Shown: one piece after another, positions 44,377 through 53,623 of the stretch
How the letters are laid out: the number at the start of each line of letters is the position of its first letter
How positions within the stretch are numbered: position 1 is the first letter of the stretch
Assembly: GCA_963725665.1 (NCBI GenBank)
Contig: CAVRZA010000008.1
Coordinates: 96,001 to 160,000, forward strand
Direction: 5' to 3'
Length of the DNA: 64,000 bases
Origin: an uncultured Actinomycetes bacterium
Lineage (GTDB): Bacteria > Actinomycetota > Thermoleophilia > UBA2241
The notes under the pieces: generated by a model
What the model saw: the letters and a program-made list of their open reading frames with translations, nothing else
Database searches by the model: none
Told to the model about the DNA's origin: nothing
Position numbers and translations under genes: made by a program

Positions 44377-45125
44377 TCAAGTGCCTGCGCCTCCGTTTGC
44401 TCGACCGGCTGACATGCGGCCCGTCATCATGAGGATGATCGTCCCGAGCTCGATGCGCGTGCGCTCGAGGTGAGACTCCATCGCGCTGGCCGCAGCTCGA
44501 GCGTCTCCGGAACGGATGGCCTGCAGGATCATGGAGTGTCCCCCGAACGTGGGTGCCACGTAGACGGGATGCGGCAGCCAGTCGAAGGGGAAGAAGATGT
44601 CGTCTCGCGCGGCCCGTATGGCACGGTAGAGCCGCTCGTTGCGCGAGGCCTGGGCGACAACCTCGTGGAACGTCGCGTCGGCTCGGCGAAAGGCGACCCG
44701 GAAGTCGCTCGTCGCCGCGTCGCCCCTGTTCTCGAGTATGCGGATGCTCTCGCGCATCGCCGCCAGGTCGCTCCCGTTCCTCCGGTTGGCGGCGAGAAAG
44801 GCACTCCTGGTCTCGAGGGCGATACGGTAGTCGAAGAGCTCGTCGAGCTCCGCCGGGTTCTCGCGTATGCGTTCGTACCACAGCTCCTGCGGCAGTGTCA
44901 GGTCGGTGACGAAGTTGCCGCCCACGCGCCCGCGGACCGTCTCGACGAAGCCCTCCTGTCTCAAGGCCTGCAGGGCCTCGCGGATGGTGGTGCGGGAGAC
45001 GGCCAGCTCCTCCGCCAGCTCGCGCTCGGTCGGCAGGCGTTGCCCTTGGGGCAGCTCCCCCCGCGGATGCGGCGTCGCAGCTCCTCGGCTATCTCCCACC
45101 GGGTGCCGCGTGGGGAAGGGAGCAT
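44377..45125 (-). CDS. GntR/FadR family regulator (apparent frameshift in the C-run 45057-45062)
   Basis: MLPSPRG..EIAEELRRRIR, then LPTERELAEELAVSRTTIREAL winged HTH and an FCD domain (D..FH..AS.N, H..I..AI). Confidence 0.85.
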
Positions 45126-45154
45126 GTCCTGCCAGGCACTCACTGTGCCGCCTC

Positions 45155-45388
45155 TCAACCGCCGGCTATCGACGGGATCGCGATGATCTCGTCGCCATCT
45201 TGCGGTTGGAACTCCGGTGGTCGAACTCGGCCGTTGACCGCGTAGGCCATCGTCGTCCCGTCCGGAACGTCCAGTAGCCGCATCACATCTGCGAGGGTAC
45301 TGCCGCGTGTAGCTTCGACTGCCAGCGCCGACGCGGGCTTGCTCAGCACGGACGGCAGGATGCCCGAGAATGTGACCTTCACCCACAC
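45155..45388 (-). CDS. MoaD/ThiS family sulfur carrier
   Basis: 77 aa, AVNG, DGDEI..IP.IAGG with C-terminal GG; follows the AOR fragment. Confidence 0.85.
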   Translation of the reverse strand: MWVKVTFSGILPSVLSKPASALAVEATRGSTLADVMRLLDVPDGTTMAYAVNGRVRPPEFQPQDGDEIIAIPSIAGG

Positions 45389-45393
45389 GCTCG

Positions 45394-45950
45394 TCAGGCC
45401 CCCTCCGAACGCCCGCTGGTCACCAGTGCCGGGATGGCCCAGTCGAGCCCGAGGTCCATGAGCTTCCCGTCTGAGGGAACACCCGTCTCCGGGTCCCGGC
45501 CCATCATCTCGTAGTACTCGGAGCGCGCCTCGTCGAAGCGCGAGCTGTCGACCCGGGCGCCGTCGCGCGTCCCTTCCCGGAGAGGCTCGAACATCCTCGC
45601 CGGCAGCACGTCGGACTCGATCCCCGGGTCTTCCCTCGAATTGAAGGCCTTCATCAGGTCCACCCGCCGCTCGCCTGCCCTCATCAACTCCCAGAAGCTC
45701 ATCGACCAGCCTGTCACGTGGCGCACGAAAGCGCACAACTCGTCGTATGTGTAGACCGCTCCCGGCCCCAAATGAAGTGGCAGACCGTGAGCGTGTCCAT
45801 GGCGCTGTAGAAGAGCTGCGAGAGCAGGGTGGCCTTGACCTTGGCCCGGTCGAGACTCTCGAGGTCGGTCAGGTCGGTGATGCCCAGACCTCGCGAGAGG
45901 TCGTTGTCGGAGGCACCGATCCAGTCGTGCTCACAGGCCATGTGGTCGCG
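45394..45950 (-). pseudogene. C-terminal fragment of aldehyde ferredoxin oxidoreductase (AOR family), 5'-truncated
   Basis: DHM..EHD, DTLTVCHF, VTGW, GER....KAFN.RE, D.LP.R, EYY.MMG.D..TG.P...L..LGL; frameshift near 45768; N-terminal two-thirds absent. Confidence 0.8.
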
Positions 45951-46027
45951 CGGAGTACTTTCTGGGCGGTCGGCCAGCGGTCTGACCGGGAAGAGTCGAG
46001 CGTCGTGGGGGGAGAGCCTGTTCGGCG

Positions 46028-46882
46028 ATGCGCGTCGCGGCAGTGCAGATGAACGTCGGCGAGCGCAAGAGCGACAACGTCGCTCTTGCGCTCGCACTAG
46101 TCGATGAGGCGGCGGCTCGGGGAGCACGATTCATCGTGCTCCCCGAGCTGATGACCTACCACGGCTCGCCGTCGCGTTACCCCGAGGTCGCAGAGTCAAT
46201 TCCCGGTCCCACGTCGGATCAGCTCGCCGCCAAGGCGCGGGAGCACGGCTGCTTCATCCACGGGGGGAGTCTCGTCGAGCCTGGTCCGTCGGCGGACCTC
46301 TACTACAACGCGAGCTACATCCTCGATCCCAGCGGGTCGGTGAGCGCCGTCTATCGCAAGCTGCACCTGTTCGACGTCGCGGTGTCGAAGGAGGTCTCGG
46401 CGCACGAGTCAGCGTCGATCGCACCCGGCGACGTTCTTGTAGCCGTTGGGCTTCCCGAGTTCGTCGTCGGCATGTCGATCTGCTTCGACCTTCGCTTCCC
46501 GGAGCTCTATCGCGCGCTCGCCGCGGCTGGCGCCCAGGTGCTGGTGGTGGCCGCGGCCTTCCGAGAGATCACCGGCAGGGTTCACTGGGATGCCCTCGTG
46601 CGGGCGCGGGCGATCGAGAACCACGCCTACGTCATCGCTGCGGCCCAGAGGGGCGTCGCCGGCGGAAACGTCGCCATGCACGGGCACAGCGTGATCGTCG
46701 ACCCGTGGGGAGGAGTGTTGGCGGCGCTACCCGACGACGACGGTGTGATCGTGGCCGAGGTCGATGCGGCCGAGGTGGTGAGGAGGCGAGGGCAGATCCC
46801 GGTCCTCGCGGCCAGACGCGGCGACGTTTATGCGCGCCCGGTGCGCCTTTACGGGACGGACGGGTCCGCGCGGACGACGTGA
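46028..46882 (+). CDS. Carbon-nitrogen hydrolase (Nit1/deaminated-glutathione amidase-like)
   Basis: E-K-C triad: LPE, YRKLHLFD, ICFDLRFPE; also RARAIEN, GHS.IVDPWG. Confidence 0.92.
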   Translation: MRVAAVQMNVGERKSDNVALALALVDEAAARGARFIVLPELMTYHGSPSRYPEVAESIPGPTSDQLAAKAREHGCFIHGGSLVEPGPSADLYYNASYILDPSGSVSAVYRKLHLFDVAVSKEVSAHESASIAPGDVLVAVGLPEFVVGMSICFDLRFPELYRALAAAGAQVLVVAAAFREITGRVHWDALVRARAIENHAYVIAAAQRGVAGGNVAMHGHSVIVDPWGGVLAALPDDDGVIVAEVDAAEVVRRRGQIPVLAARRGDVYARPVRLYGTDGSARTT

Positions 46883-46935
46883 GCTGCGGCCTTGGAGGCG
46901 CACGCAGGCGTCCGTGTGTCGACTAGGCAAGCGGC

Positions 46936-46982
46936 AGAAAGAAGAGGCGGCCACCGCCTGGGGGGAGGGCGGTGGCCGCCTC
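46936..46982 (-). terminator. Intrinsic terminator for htrA (possibly bidirectional)
   Basis: Perfect 15-bp inverted repeat 46944-46958/46968-46982, followed on the minus strand by TTCTTTCT. Confidence 0.7.
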
Positions 46983-47068
46983 GGGCAAGCACGCGGGAGC
47001 CAACGCGTGCCGGGGAGGGGGTCAGAGATCGTTCAGCTTCTGCCTGTACTCCTCGCGGGACGTCGCCG

Positions 47069-48277
47069 TCAGAAGGAAGCCGGCCGCTCGCCCAACTTCA
47101 CCGTAAGGGTCTTCGTCGACGACCCGTGGACGATCGTGAGCTTCACCGTGTCGCCGGTCTTGTGGGAGTTGATGATGCCGGCGAGCTGGTCCATGCCCGT
47201 CAGGGCGGTGCCGTCGATGGACGTTATGATGTCGCCGCCGGTGACATAGGTCTGTCCCTGGATCGACTGCTGCTGAGAGCCGCCCTTGATGCCCGCCTTG
47301 GCTGCAGGGCTGCCCGAGACCACGCGGGCCACGAGGACCCCCTCGGTCGTCTTGAGGCCGAGCGTCTTGGCCACGTCGGGCGACAGCGTCTGCCCCTCGA
47401 TGCCCAGCCAGGCGTAGCTCACGCTGCCGCTGGTGCGCAGTTGGTTCATCACGTTCTCGGCGGTGTCGATGGGCACGGCGAAGCCCAGACCGGTATTGGC
47501 TCCGGTCGTCGAGGCGATCTGCTCGTTGATGCCGATCACCTGTCCGCTGCTGTCGATGAGGGGGCCGCCGGAGTTGCCTTCGTTGATGGCGGCGTCGGTC
47601 TGAATGCCGTTGGAGATCGTGGAGCCGTTGGGCGATTGGAGATTGCGATTGGTCGCCGAGACGATGCCCTCGGTGATCGAGAAGTCGTAGCCGAGTGGGT
47701 TGCCTATGGCCACCACCGGCTCGCCGGGTTGCACCGTGCTCGAGTCTCCGAGCGGGATCGGGTCGAGGGTGCCCACCTTGCTGGGGTCGACCTTGATCAG
47801 GGCCACGTCGCTCGTGTTGTCGGCGCCCACGACGGTGCCGGTGACGGTCTTGGTCTGCGTGCCCGTCCCCTTGAAGACGACCTGGACCGTCTTGACCGTC
47901 TGGCCGTTGTCGCTGACCACGTGGGCGTTGGTGAGGATGTAGCCGTCGTTCGTGACGACGAAGCCGGAGCCCAGTGCCTGCTGCGTCTGGGGACCGAAGA
48001 ACTGCTGGTTGGCGCTGCTGGAGAACGTGGAGATGATCTCGACTACGCCTTGAGCGTACTTCTGGTAGATCTCACTCGCGGAGAGGCCGCCGCTCGTTGA
48101 AGCGACCGGTTGTGTGGCCGACGATGTCGTCGTCGACGACGTCGCCGCGGCCGCACGCTCCACGACCGTCGTCTGCGTTGTCTTGACCGGAACGATGCCG
48201 GCGGCCATCAGGGCGATCAACAGCAGGATCGTGACGGCGACACCGAACAGAAAGACAGTGATGTGCGAGCGCCTCAT
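47069..48277 (-). CDS. htrA: HtrA/DegP-family serine protease with one PDZ domain
   Basis: N-terminal TM, S/T linker, LTNAHVV, DVALIK, IQTDAAINEGNSGGPL, PDZ. Confidence 0.93.
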   Translation of the reverse strand: MRRSHITVFLFGVAVTILLLIALMAAGIVPVKTTQTTVVERAAAATSSTTTSSATQPVASTSGGLSASEIYQKYAQGVVEIISTFSSSANQQFFGPQTQQALGSGFVVTNDGYILTNAHVVSDNGQTVKTVQVVFKGTGTQTKTVTGTVVGADNTSDVALIKVDPSKVGTLDPIPLGDSSTVQPGEPVVAIGNPLGYDFSITEGIVSATNRNLQSPNGSTISNGIQTDAAINEGNSGGPLIDSSGQVIGINEQIASTTGANTGLGFAVPIDTAENVMNQLRTSGSVSYAWLGIEGQTLSPDVAKTLGLKTTEGVLVARVVSGSPAAKAGIKGGSQQQSIQGQTYVTGGDIITSIDGTALTGMDQLAGIINSHKTGDTVKLTIVHGSSTKTLTVKLGERPASF

Positions 48278-48353
48278 TCGTGCCTCCTTCGCGGCCGTAC
48301 ATGCACAATCGCGACCGCCCTCGAACAGATCATCCCTCTTGTAGCCGAGGCAG

Positions 48354-48472
48354 CTATGGCGAACCTGTACCGTTGCTTGGAGATAGCTGTGACTCTCGCC
48401 GCGAAAGGTGTGAAACGCGGCGCAGGCGAGTACTCTTGAGACATGCACAGGTCCTTCACAGGAAGGGCACAG
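48354..48472. promoter_or_regulatory. Divergent OmpR-type binding arrays (hexamers at 11-bp period)
   Basis: Minus strand TCACAG/TCCAAG/GTACAG/CCATAG (48392-48354) towards htrA; plus strand GCACAG/TCACAG/GCACAG (48445-48472) towards the regulator. Confidence 0.7.
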
Positions 48473-48528
48473 TCTCCTCCAACGGGGCGACCGTAACCTC
48501 CGGTCGTAGCGAAGGAGAGGGGGATGAT

Positions 48529-49221
48529 GTGGGCGCGCAACAGAAGGTCCTCGTCGTAGACGACGAAGAAAGCCTCACCGATCTCATCGGCCTGGCGCTG
48601 CGCTACGAGCAGTTCGAGGTCGCCGTCGCCCACACGGGCCACGAGGCGTTGAGCTCGGTGCACTCCTTCCACCCCGACCTGGTGGTGCTGGATGTCATGA
48701 TGCCCGGCATCGACGGCTTCGAGGTCGCCCGGCGCCTGGCCGGCGAGGCGCCCTCGACGCCGATACTCTTTCTCACCGCCCGCGACGCGACCGAGGATAA
48801 GATCCGCGGCCTCACGTTGGGCGGCGACGACTACATGACGAAACCCTTCAGTCTCGAGGAGCTCGTCGCTCGCATCCGCGCCGTCCTGCGGCGCACCCAG
48901 CGCGCCGGCGAGGAGCCCGCCGTGCTCTCGTTTGCCGATCTGGAGATGAACGAAGACACCTACGAAGTGCACCGCAACGGCACGCCGGTCGAGCTGACCG
49001 CCACGGAGTACAAGCTGCTGCGTTACCTCATGATGAATCCTCGGCGCGTGCTCTCGAAGGCGCAGATCCTCGATCGCGTGTGGAACTACGATTTCGGCGG
49101 CGACGCCAACGTCGTGGAGATCTACATCAGCTACCTGCGCAAGAAGCTCGACCCCCTCGGCTCGCCGCTCATCCACACCGTGCGCGGCTTCGGCTACTGC
49201 CTGCGCGAAGCGCGGGAGTAG
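48529..49221 (+). CDS. OmpR/PhoB family response regulator (MprA/PhoP-like)
   Basis: VVDDE, LDVMMP, FLTA, DDYMTKPF, NVVEIYISYLRKKL, IHTVRGFGY. Confidence 0.95.
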   Translation: MGAQQKVLVVDDEESLTDLIGLALRYEQFEVAVAHTGHEALSSVHSFHPDLVVLDVMMPGIDGFEVARRLAGEAPSTPILFLTARDATEDKIRGLTLGGDDYMTKPFSLEELVARIRAVLRRTQRAGEEPAVLSFADLEMNEDTYEVHRNGTPVELTATEYKLLRYLMMNPRRVLSKAQILDRVWNYDFGGDANVVEIYISYLRKKLDPLGSPLIHTVRGFGYCLREARE

Positions 49222-49223
49222 GC

Positions 49224-50726
49224 GTGTCACTGCGGCTCCGCCTCCTGCTGGCGCTCGTCGCCCTCGTCGCCGTCGGGCTGCTGGTCGCCGACGCGGTGAC
49301 CTACGCGTCGCTGCGCTCGTTTCTCGTCACTCGCGTGGACCAGCAACTCGAGCAGGCTCGCGGCCCGGCCGTGCGAGCGCTGCTGGAGTCGGGCAGCGGC
49401 GGCTCGCCGTCGCTCCCCGGCGGGCCGCCCGGCGGCGTGCCGAACCTGCCTCCCGGCACCTACGTGGCCATCATCGACAGCTCAGGCAGGACGGTGAGCG
49501 CGACCGCGTTCACCTACGGGGGAGAGTCCGTGGCGCCTCCCTCGCTGCCGAGCGACCTCAGCAAGCTCGTCACTACGAACCCCGAAGGGGCGACCGTAAC
49601 GGTCGGCGCTACGGGCTCGCGGCTCACCTATCGCGTGCTTGTCTGGGGGGTGACGGCGACGACCGGTGCTGACTACATCGTCGTGGTGGCCGTCCCGCTG
49701 AGCGACCTCAAGCAGACGCTCGGGCGGCTCCTGCTGATCGAGGTTCTGGTGACGGTCGGCGTGCTGCTTGGTCTCGGCGGGCTGGCGTGGTGGATCGTGC
49801 GCCGCGAGATGCGCCCGCTCGAGGACATGGCGGTGACCGCCGGCGCCATCGCCGCCGGCGATCTCACGCGGCGCGTCGAGCCCGCCGAGCCGCGCACGGA
49901 AGTCGGGCGGCTCGGCCTGGCCCTCAACGCCATGCTGGCACAGATCGAGCAGGCGTTCGCGCGCCGCAAGGCTTCCGAAGACGCCTTGCGGCGCTTCCTG
50001 GCGCAAGCCTCCCACGAGCTGCGCACGCCGCTGGCCTCGATCCGCGGCTACGCTGAACTGTTCCGGCGTGGCGCCAAGGACCGCCCTGAGGACCTCGAGC
50101 TCGCCATGCGCCGGATCGAGCAGGAGGGAGCGCGCATGGGCGTGCTCGTCGAGGAGCTGCTGTTGCTGGCGAGGCTCGACGAGGGGCGACCGCTCAAACG
50201 CGAGCCCGTCGATCTCGCACAGGTGGCGACCGACGCCGTGGCCGATGCCCGGATCACGGACCCCGGGCGCGTCATCGACCTTGCCGTGAGCGATCCCGTC
50301 GTCCTTGAGGGTGACGAGGTCCGGCTACGCCAGGTCGCTGCGAATCTCGTGATGAACGCCTTGGTCCATGCCGGGCCGGAGGCGCAGGTTCTTGTCGGCG
50401 CTCGGGCCCACGACGGCTGGGCCGAGCTCGAGGTGTCCGACGATGGCGTCGGCATGTCTCCGGAGGTGGCGGAGCACGTCTTCGAGCCGTTCTTCCACGC
50501 CGACGGCGAACCGGGCGAGGAGTCGTCGCCCGGCGAGGCCAAGGCCAAGAGCACGACGGGTCTCGGCCTCGCCATCGCGCTGGGCATCGCCCAGGCGCAC
50601 GGGGGGACGATCGATCTGCGCACTGCGCCCGGACAAGGCTCTGACTTCATCGTGCGTCTGCCGCTCGACACTGGGGAGCGCTCCGCGCCGGAGTCGCCAG
50701 AGCCGTTGCGCGCGCAGCAGCCCTGA
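49224..50726 (+). CDS. HAMP-domain sensor histidine kinase
   Basis: Two TMs, HAMP, ASHELRTPL, NL..NA..H, DDGVG, GLGLAI. Confidence 0.95.
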   Translation: MSLRLRLLLALVALVAVGLLVADAVTYASLRSFLVTRVDQQLEQARGPAVRALLESGSGGSPSLPGGPPGGVPNLPPGTYVAIIDSSGRTVSATAFTYGGESVAPPSLPSDLSKLVTTNPEGATVTVGATGSRLTYRVLVWGVTATTGADYIVVVAVPLSDLKQTLGRLLLIEVLVTVGVLLGLGGLAWWIVRREMRPLEDMAVTAGAIAAGDLTRRVEPAEPRTEVGRLGLALNAMLAQIEQAFARRKASEDALRRFLAQASHELRTPLASIRGYAELFRRGAKDRPEDLELAMRRIEQEGARMGVLVEELLLLARLDEGRPLKREPVDLAQVATDAVADARITDPGRVIDLAVSDPVVLEGDEVRLRQVAANLVMNALVHAGPEAQVLVGARAHDGWAELEVSDDGVGMSPEVAEHVFEPFFHADGEPGEESSPGEAKAKSTTGLGLAIALGIAQAHGGTIDLRTAPGQGSDFIVRLPLDTGERSAPESPEPLRAQQP

Positions 50727-50760
50727 CGCGGACCCATCCGACTCGGGACTCGTCCGACAC

Positions 50761-51615
50761 TCATGCGGAGCGTGTCCAGGTCGACTTCGCCCAGGCGGGC
50801 TCCACATCGACGAGGGGATGCCGGCGGACCTTTGCCGGCCGGGCCGAGGGTCTCGCCACGACAGCGGCTCCCAGCTGCCCATGGAGGAACTGGTCGAGCG
50901 ACGGCCCTATCCACGCCGCCAGCGTCTCGTGGTCGGCGCTCGCCAGGGGCTCCTGCCAGAGGAGGTAGCGGCTCACCGCGAGGCCGAGGAGCTGTGCGAA
51001 GGCCAGGCGGGCGCGAGGGTAGGCGTCGGTGGTCGGACGCTCCTCGACGAAGGGCCGGATGAGCGCGCCGAGGATGTGACCTTCCAGGGCCGCCGCGAGG
51101 CGGCGATCGCGGCAGGCGGCGCGCAGAAGCTCACGCAGGATCGGGCCGTTCTCGTCGCGCTCCCAGAACGCCAGGCAGCGGAGGACGATCTCATGGCCCG
51201 GCAGGGTGAGCGCCGCTTGTGACCAGTCGCCATCGCCGAGCGCCGACAGCACGAGCTCGGCCTTCGAGGGGAGGACCCGCTCGAGGTCCTCTGTCTCGAT
51301 GCCTGCCAGACGGGCGACGTAGGGGTAGGTCATCGCCTCGTAACCGACCTCGGCGAGAGCCTGCGCGACGACCGCGCTGGCGGCCCGGCGCACGCGGTCG
51401 TCGCGCAGGCGCCGCGTGAGACGCCGTGCAGCCTCCTCGTCGACAGGGTTGAAGGCGGACGTACCGTCGAGCCCGGGGAGGCTGCCGTTCGTCTGGCGAA
51501 GGACAACGGTCCCCTCGTCCCAGCCGTGGCTGTCCGCCTGTTGCGTCTGGGCGGACAGGGTGCACGGCCGGCCCTCCGGAGGGCGCCGCTTCGTCGGTGT
51601 GCACGGGATGCTCAT
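50761..51615 (-). CDS. TetR family regulator with degenerate HTH (start uncertain)
   Basis: GYEAMT...VARLAGI......PSKAEL; C-terminal RA.L..AQLLGL...RY....EPLASAD..L..WIGP. Confidence 0.7.
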   Translation of the reverse strand: MSIPCTPTKRRPPEGRPCTLSAQTQQADSHGWDEGTVVLRQTNGSLPGLDGTSAFNPVDEEAARRLTRRLRDDRVRRAASAVVAQALAEVGYEAMTYPYVARLAGIETEDLERVLPSKAELVLSALGDGDWSQAALTLPGHEIVLRCLAFWERDENGPILRELLRAACRDRRLAAALEGHILGALIRPFVEERPTTDAYPRARLAFAQLLGLAVSRYLLWQEPLASADHETLAAWIGPSLDQFLHGQLGAAVVARPSARPAKVRRHPLVDVEPAWAKSTWTRSA

Positions 51616-51688
51616 CTCACGATCCTTCCGGTCGATGCTCTGCGTCACTCTGCACACGAACGTTCTAGTCGGCGGAAATGTGGGGGGG

Positions 51689-51841
51689 CTGAGAGGTCGG
51701 TGGGGCAGGGCTGAGACTCCGCGCAGGGACTGTGGGCAGCGTGGCAGGGGATGACGTCCAGCCTCGCGCGGGCGAGATGCCTCTTGCTTTCTTCGTTCGA
51801 ATCCTCAGGGCCCTCACAGGTCGCCCAAAGGTTCTCTTCAG
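51689..51841. promoter_or_regulatory. Divergent OmpR-type binding arrays before the TetR gene and the ABC operon
   Basis: Minus strand TCTCAG/CCCCAC/TCTCAG (51716-51689); plus strand CCTCAG/TCACAG/CCAAAG/CTTCAG (51803-51841); 11-bp period. Confidence 0.65.
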
Positions 51842-51884
51842 GGCGGGGCGCGAGAGTGATGAAAAACGACCGAAGGAGTCAGGG

Positions 51885-52625
51885 GTGAGTCGTTCGGGGA
51901 CGCCTCCCGTCCCGACGAGGGGGAACGGAACAGACGTCATTCTTGACGCGGTCGGCATCGAACGCACCTACCGTCACGGCGACATCGCCTTGCCCGTCCT
52001 TTACGACCTCGACCTGCAGGTCCGCCGCGGCGAGTGGGTCGCTTGCACCGGCCGCTCCGGTTCGGGAAAGTCGACCTTGCTCAACGTGCTTGGACTCCTC
52101 GATCGTGCCGACGCGGGCTCGTACTTCCTCGCCGGCCAGGACGTCTCGGGGCTCGACGACATCGGCAGGGCTCAGCTGCGCAATCGACTGCTTGGGTTTG
52201 TCTTCCAGCTTCACAACCTGCTCCCGCGCACGAGCGCGCTCGAGAACGTGGCGACACCACTCGTCTATCGCGGCGTACGTCGGCCCGAGCGCCTGCGGCG
52301 GGCGCGTGAGGCGCTTGCTGCGGTCGGGCTCGAAGATCGCGCCGATTACGATCCCGGTCGTCTCTCAGGGGGCCAAATGCAGCGGGTGGCCATCGCACGA
52401 GCCCTGGTCGGCGACCCCGAGCTGCTACTCGTCGATGAGCCCACCGGCAACCTCGACCTCGTAGCAACCAGCGAGGTCCTCGAGCTCCTGGACCGACTCC
52501 ATGACTGGGGCCGCACCATCGTCATGATCACCCATGAGGAAGACGTCGCCGAGCACGCCGATAGGCGGCTGGTACTCGCCGATGGCAGGTTGCACGACCA
52601 CGACTCCGCGGAGGCACATCTATGA
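51885..52625 (+). CDS. ABC transporter ATP-binding protein (MacB/LolD type)
   Basis: GRSGSGKST, GFVFQ, LSGGQMQRVAIARAL, DEPTGNLD, ITH; AAGGAG upstream. Confidence 0.93.
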   Translation: MSRSGTPPVPTRGNGTDVILDAVGIERTYRHGDIALPVLYDLDLQVRRGEWVACTGRSGSGKSTLLNVLGLLDRADAGSYFLAGQDVSGLDDIGRAQLRNRLLGFVFQLHNLLPRTSALENVATPLVYRGVRRPERLRRAREALAAVGLEDRADYDPGRLSGGQMQRVAIARALVGDPELLLVDEPTGNLDLVATSEVLELLDRLHDWGRTIVMITHEEDVAEHADRRLVLADGRLHDHDSAEAHL

Positions 52626-53623
52626 AGTCATCGGACAGACGTCCGGCGAGGCCATTGGGCCAGAGCGGCCAACGAGGCTCGGGTGCAGTCGCCGTCGTCG
52701 CCCTGCTTGCTGTGACGGCGGCCGCGACCGTTGGCTGTGGCAGCTCCAGCAGTACAGCCTCGACGGGCAATCAGGGCGGTGTCCCCACCTCCATCCAGGT
52801 CGTCGCCACGGTCCAACGCGGCGATATCGTGCAGTCGGTGACCGGCAGCGCGAAGCTCGCGACCTCGAACGGCAAGACGGTTGCGGTCACACAGGTCACC
52901 CAGCAGAACGCGGCCTTTGTCGCCGTCGGCCAGAAGGCCACGGTGATGGTCGTTCGCCCGCGCACAGGGGCTCAGGGCGCCTCCGCGCTGCCCCAGCCCG
53001 GTCAGAGTGGGATGCCCCAACCGGGTCAGAGTGGGATGCCCCAACCGGGTCAGAGCGGCATGCCCCAACCGGGTCAGAGCGGCATGCCCCAACCGGGTCA
53101 GAGCGGCATGCCCCAGCCTGGTCAGAGTGGCTTTCCTGGCGGCCAGGACGGACAGGGGGGCTTCAACGGTGGTGGCTTCGGCGGGAACGCGTTCGGCGGA
53201 CTTGGCACGTCCGGCACGGTGACCAAGGTGACGAGCAACGCCGACGGCTCGGCGACGGTGACGGTCACGCTCAGCAAGAAGCCGGCCAACGCGTCAGCCG
53301 CCTCAACAGGCTTCGCGAGCATCCAGACCAAGGTACTGGCCGCCGACGTGCTGATCATCCCCACGGCCGCGATCAAGGGCAGCGGTAGCTCGGCCACCGT
53401 GCAGGTTCTGACGAGCGGCAAGACCAGCACGGTGTCGGTCGAGGTCGGCCAGCAGTCGGGCGGCGAGTCTGAGATCGTGTCGGGCCTGAGCGAGGGCCAG
53501 AACGTGGTGTACACGCGCTCGTTCCGGCGAGGCGCGTTCCCCGGCAACGGGAATGGTCCGGCTCCGGGCCAGAGCGGCGCTCCCTTCCCGCCCGGCGGTC
53601 AGTCGAACGGAGGTTCCCTGTGA
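52622..53623 (+). CDS. Putative lipoprotein, short efflux-adaptor (YknX/MacA-like) with Q/G/P repeats
   Basis: Lipobox-like TVGC; V.RGDI..SVTG; VL.IP.AI...V.VG....EIVSGL.EG..V C-terminal domain. Confidence 0.65.
   Translation: MKSSDRRPARPLGQSGQRGSGAVAVVALLAVTAAATVGCGSSSSTASTGNQGGVPTSIQVVATVQRGDIVQSVTGSAKLATSNGKTVAVTQVTQQNAAFVAVGQKATVMVVRPRTGAQGASALPQPGQSGMPQPGQSGMPQPGQSGMPQPGQSGMPQPGQSGMPQPGQSGFPGGQDGQGGFNGGGFGGNAFGGLGTSGTVTKVTSNADGSATVTVTLSKKPANASAASTGFASIQTKVLAADVLIIPTAAIKGSGSSATVQVLTSGKTSTVSVEVGQQSGGESEIVSGLSEGQNVVYTRSFRRGAFPGNGNGPAPGQSGAPFPPGGQSNGGSL
52991..53131 (+). repeat. Six 24-bp coding repeats (PQPGQSGM)
   Basis: CCCCA(A/G)CCNGGTCAGAG(T/C)GGNATG x5 plus a sixth unit ending in F. 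Confidence 0.95.
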
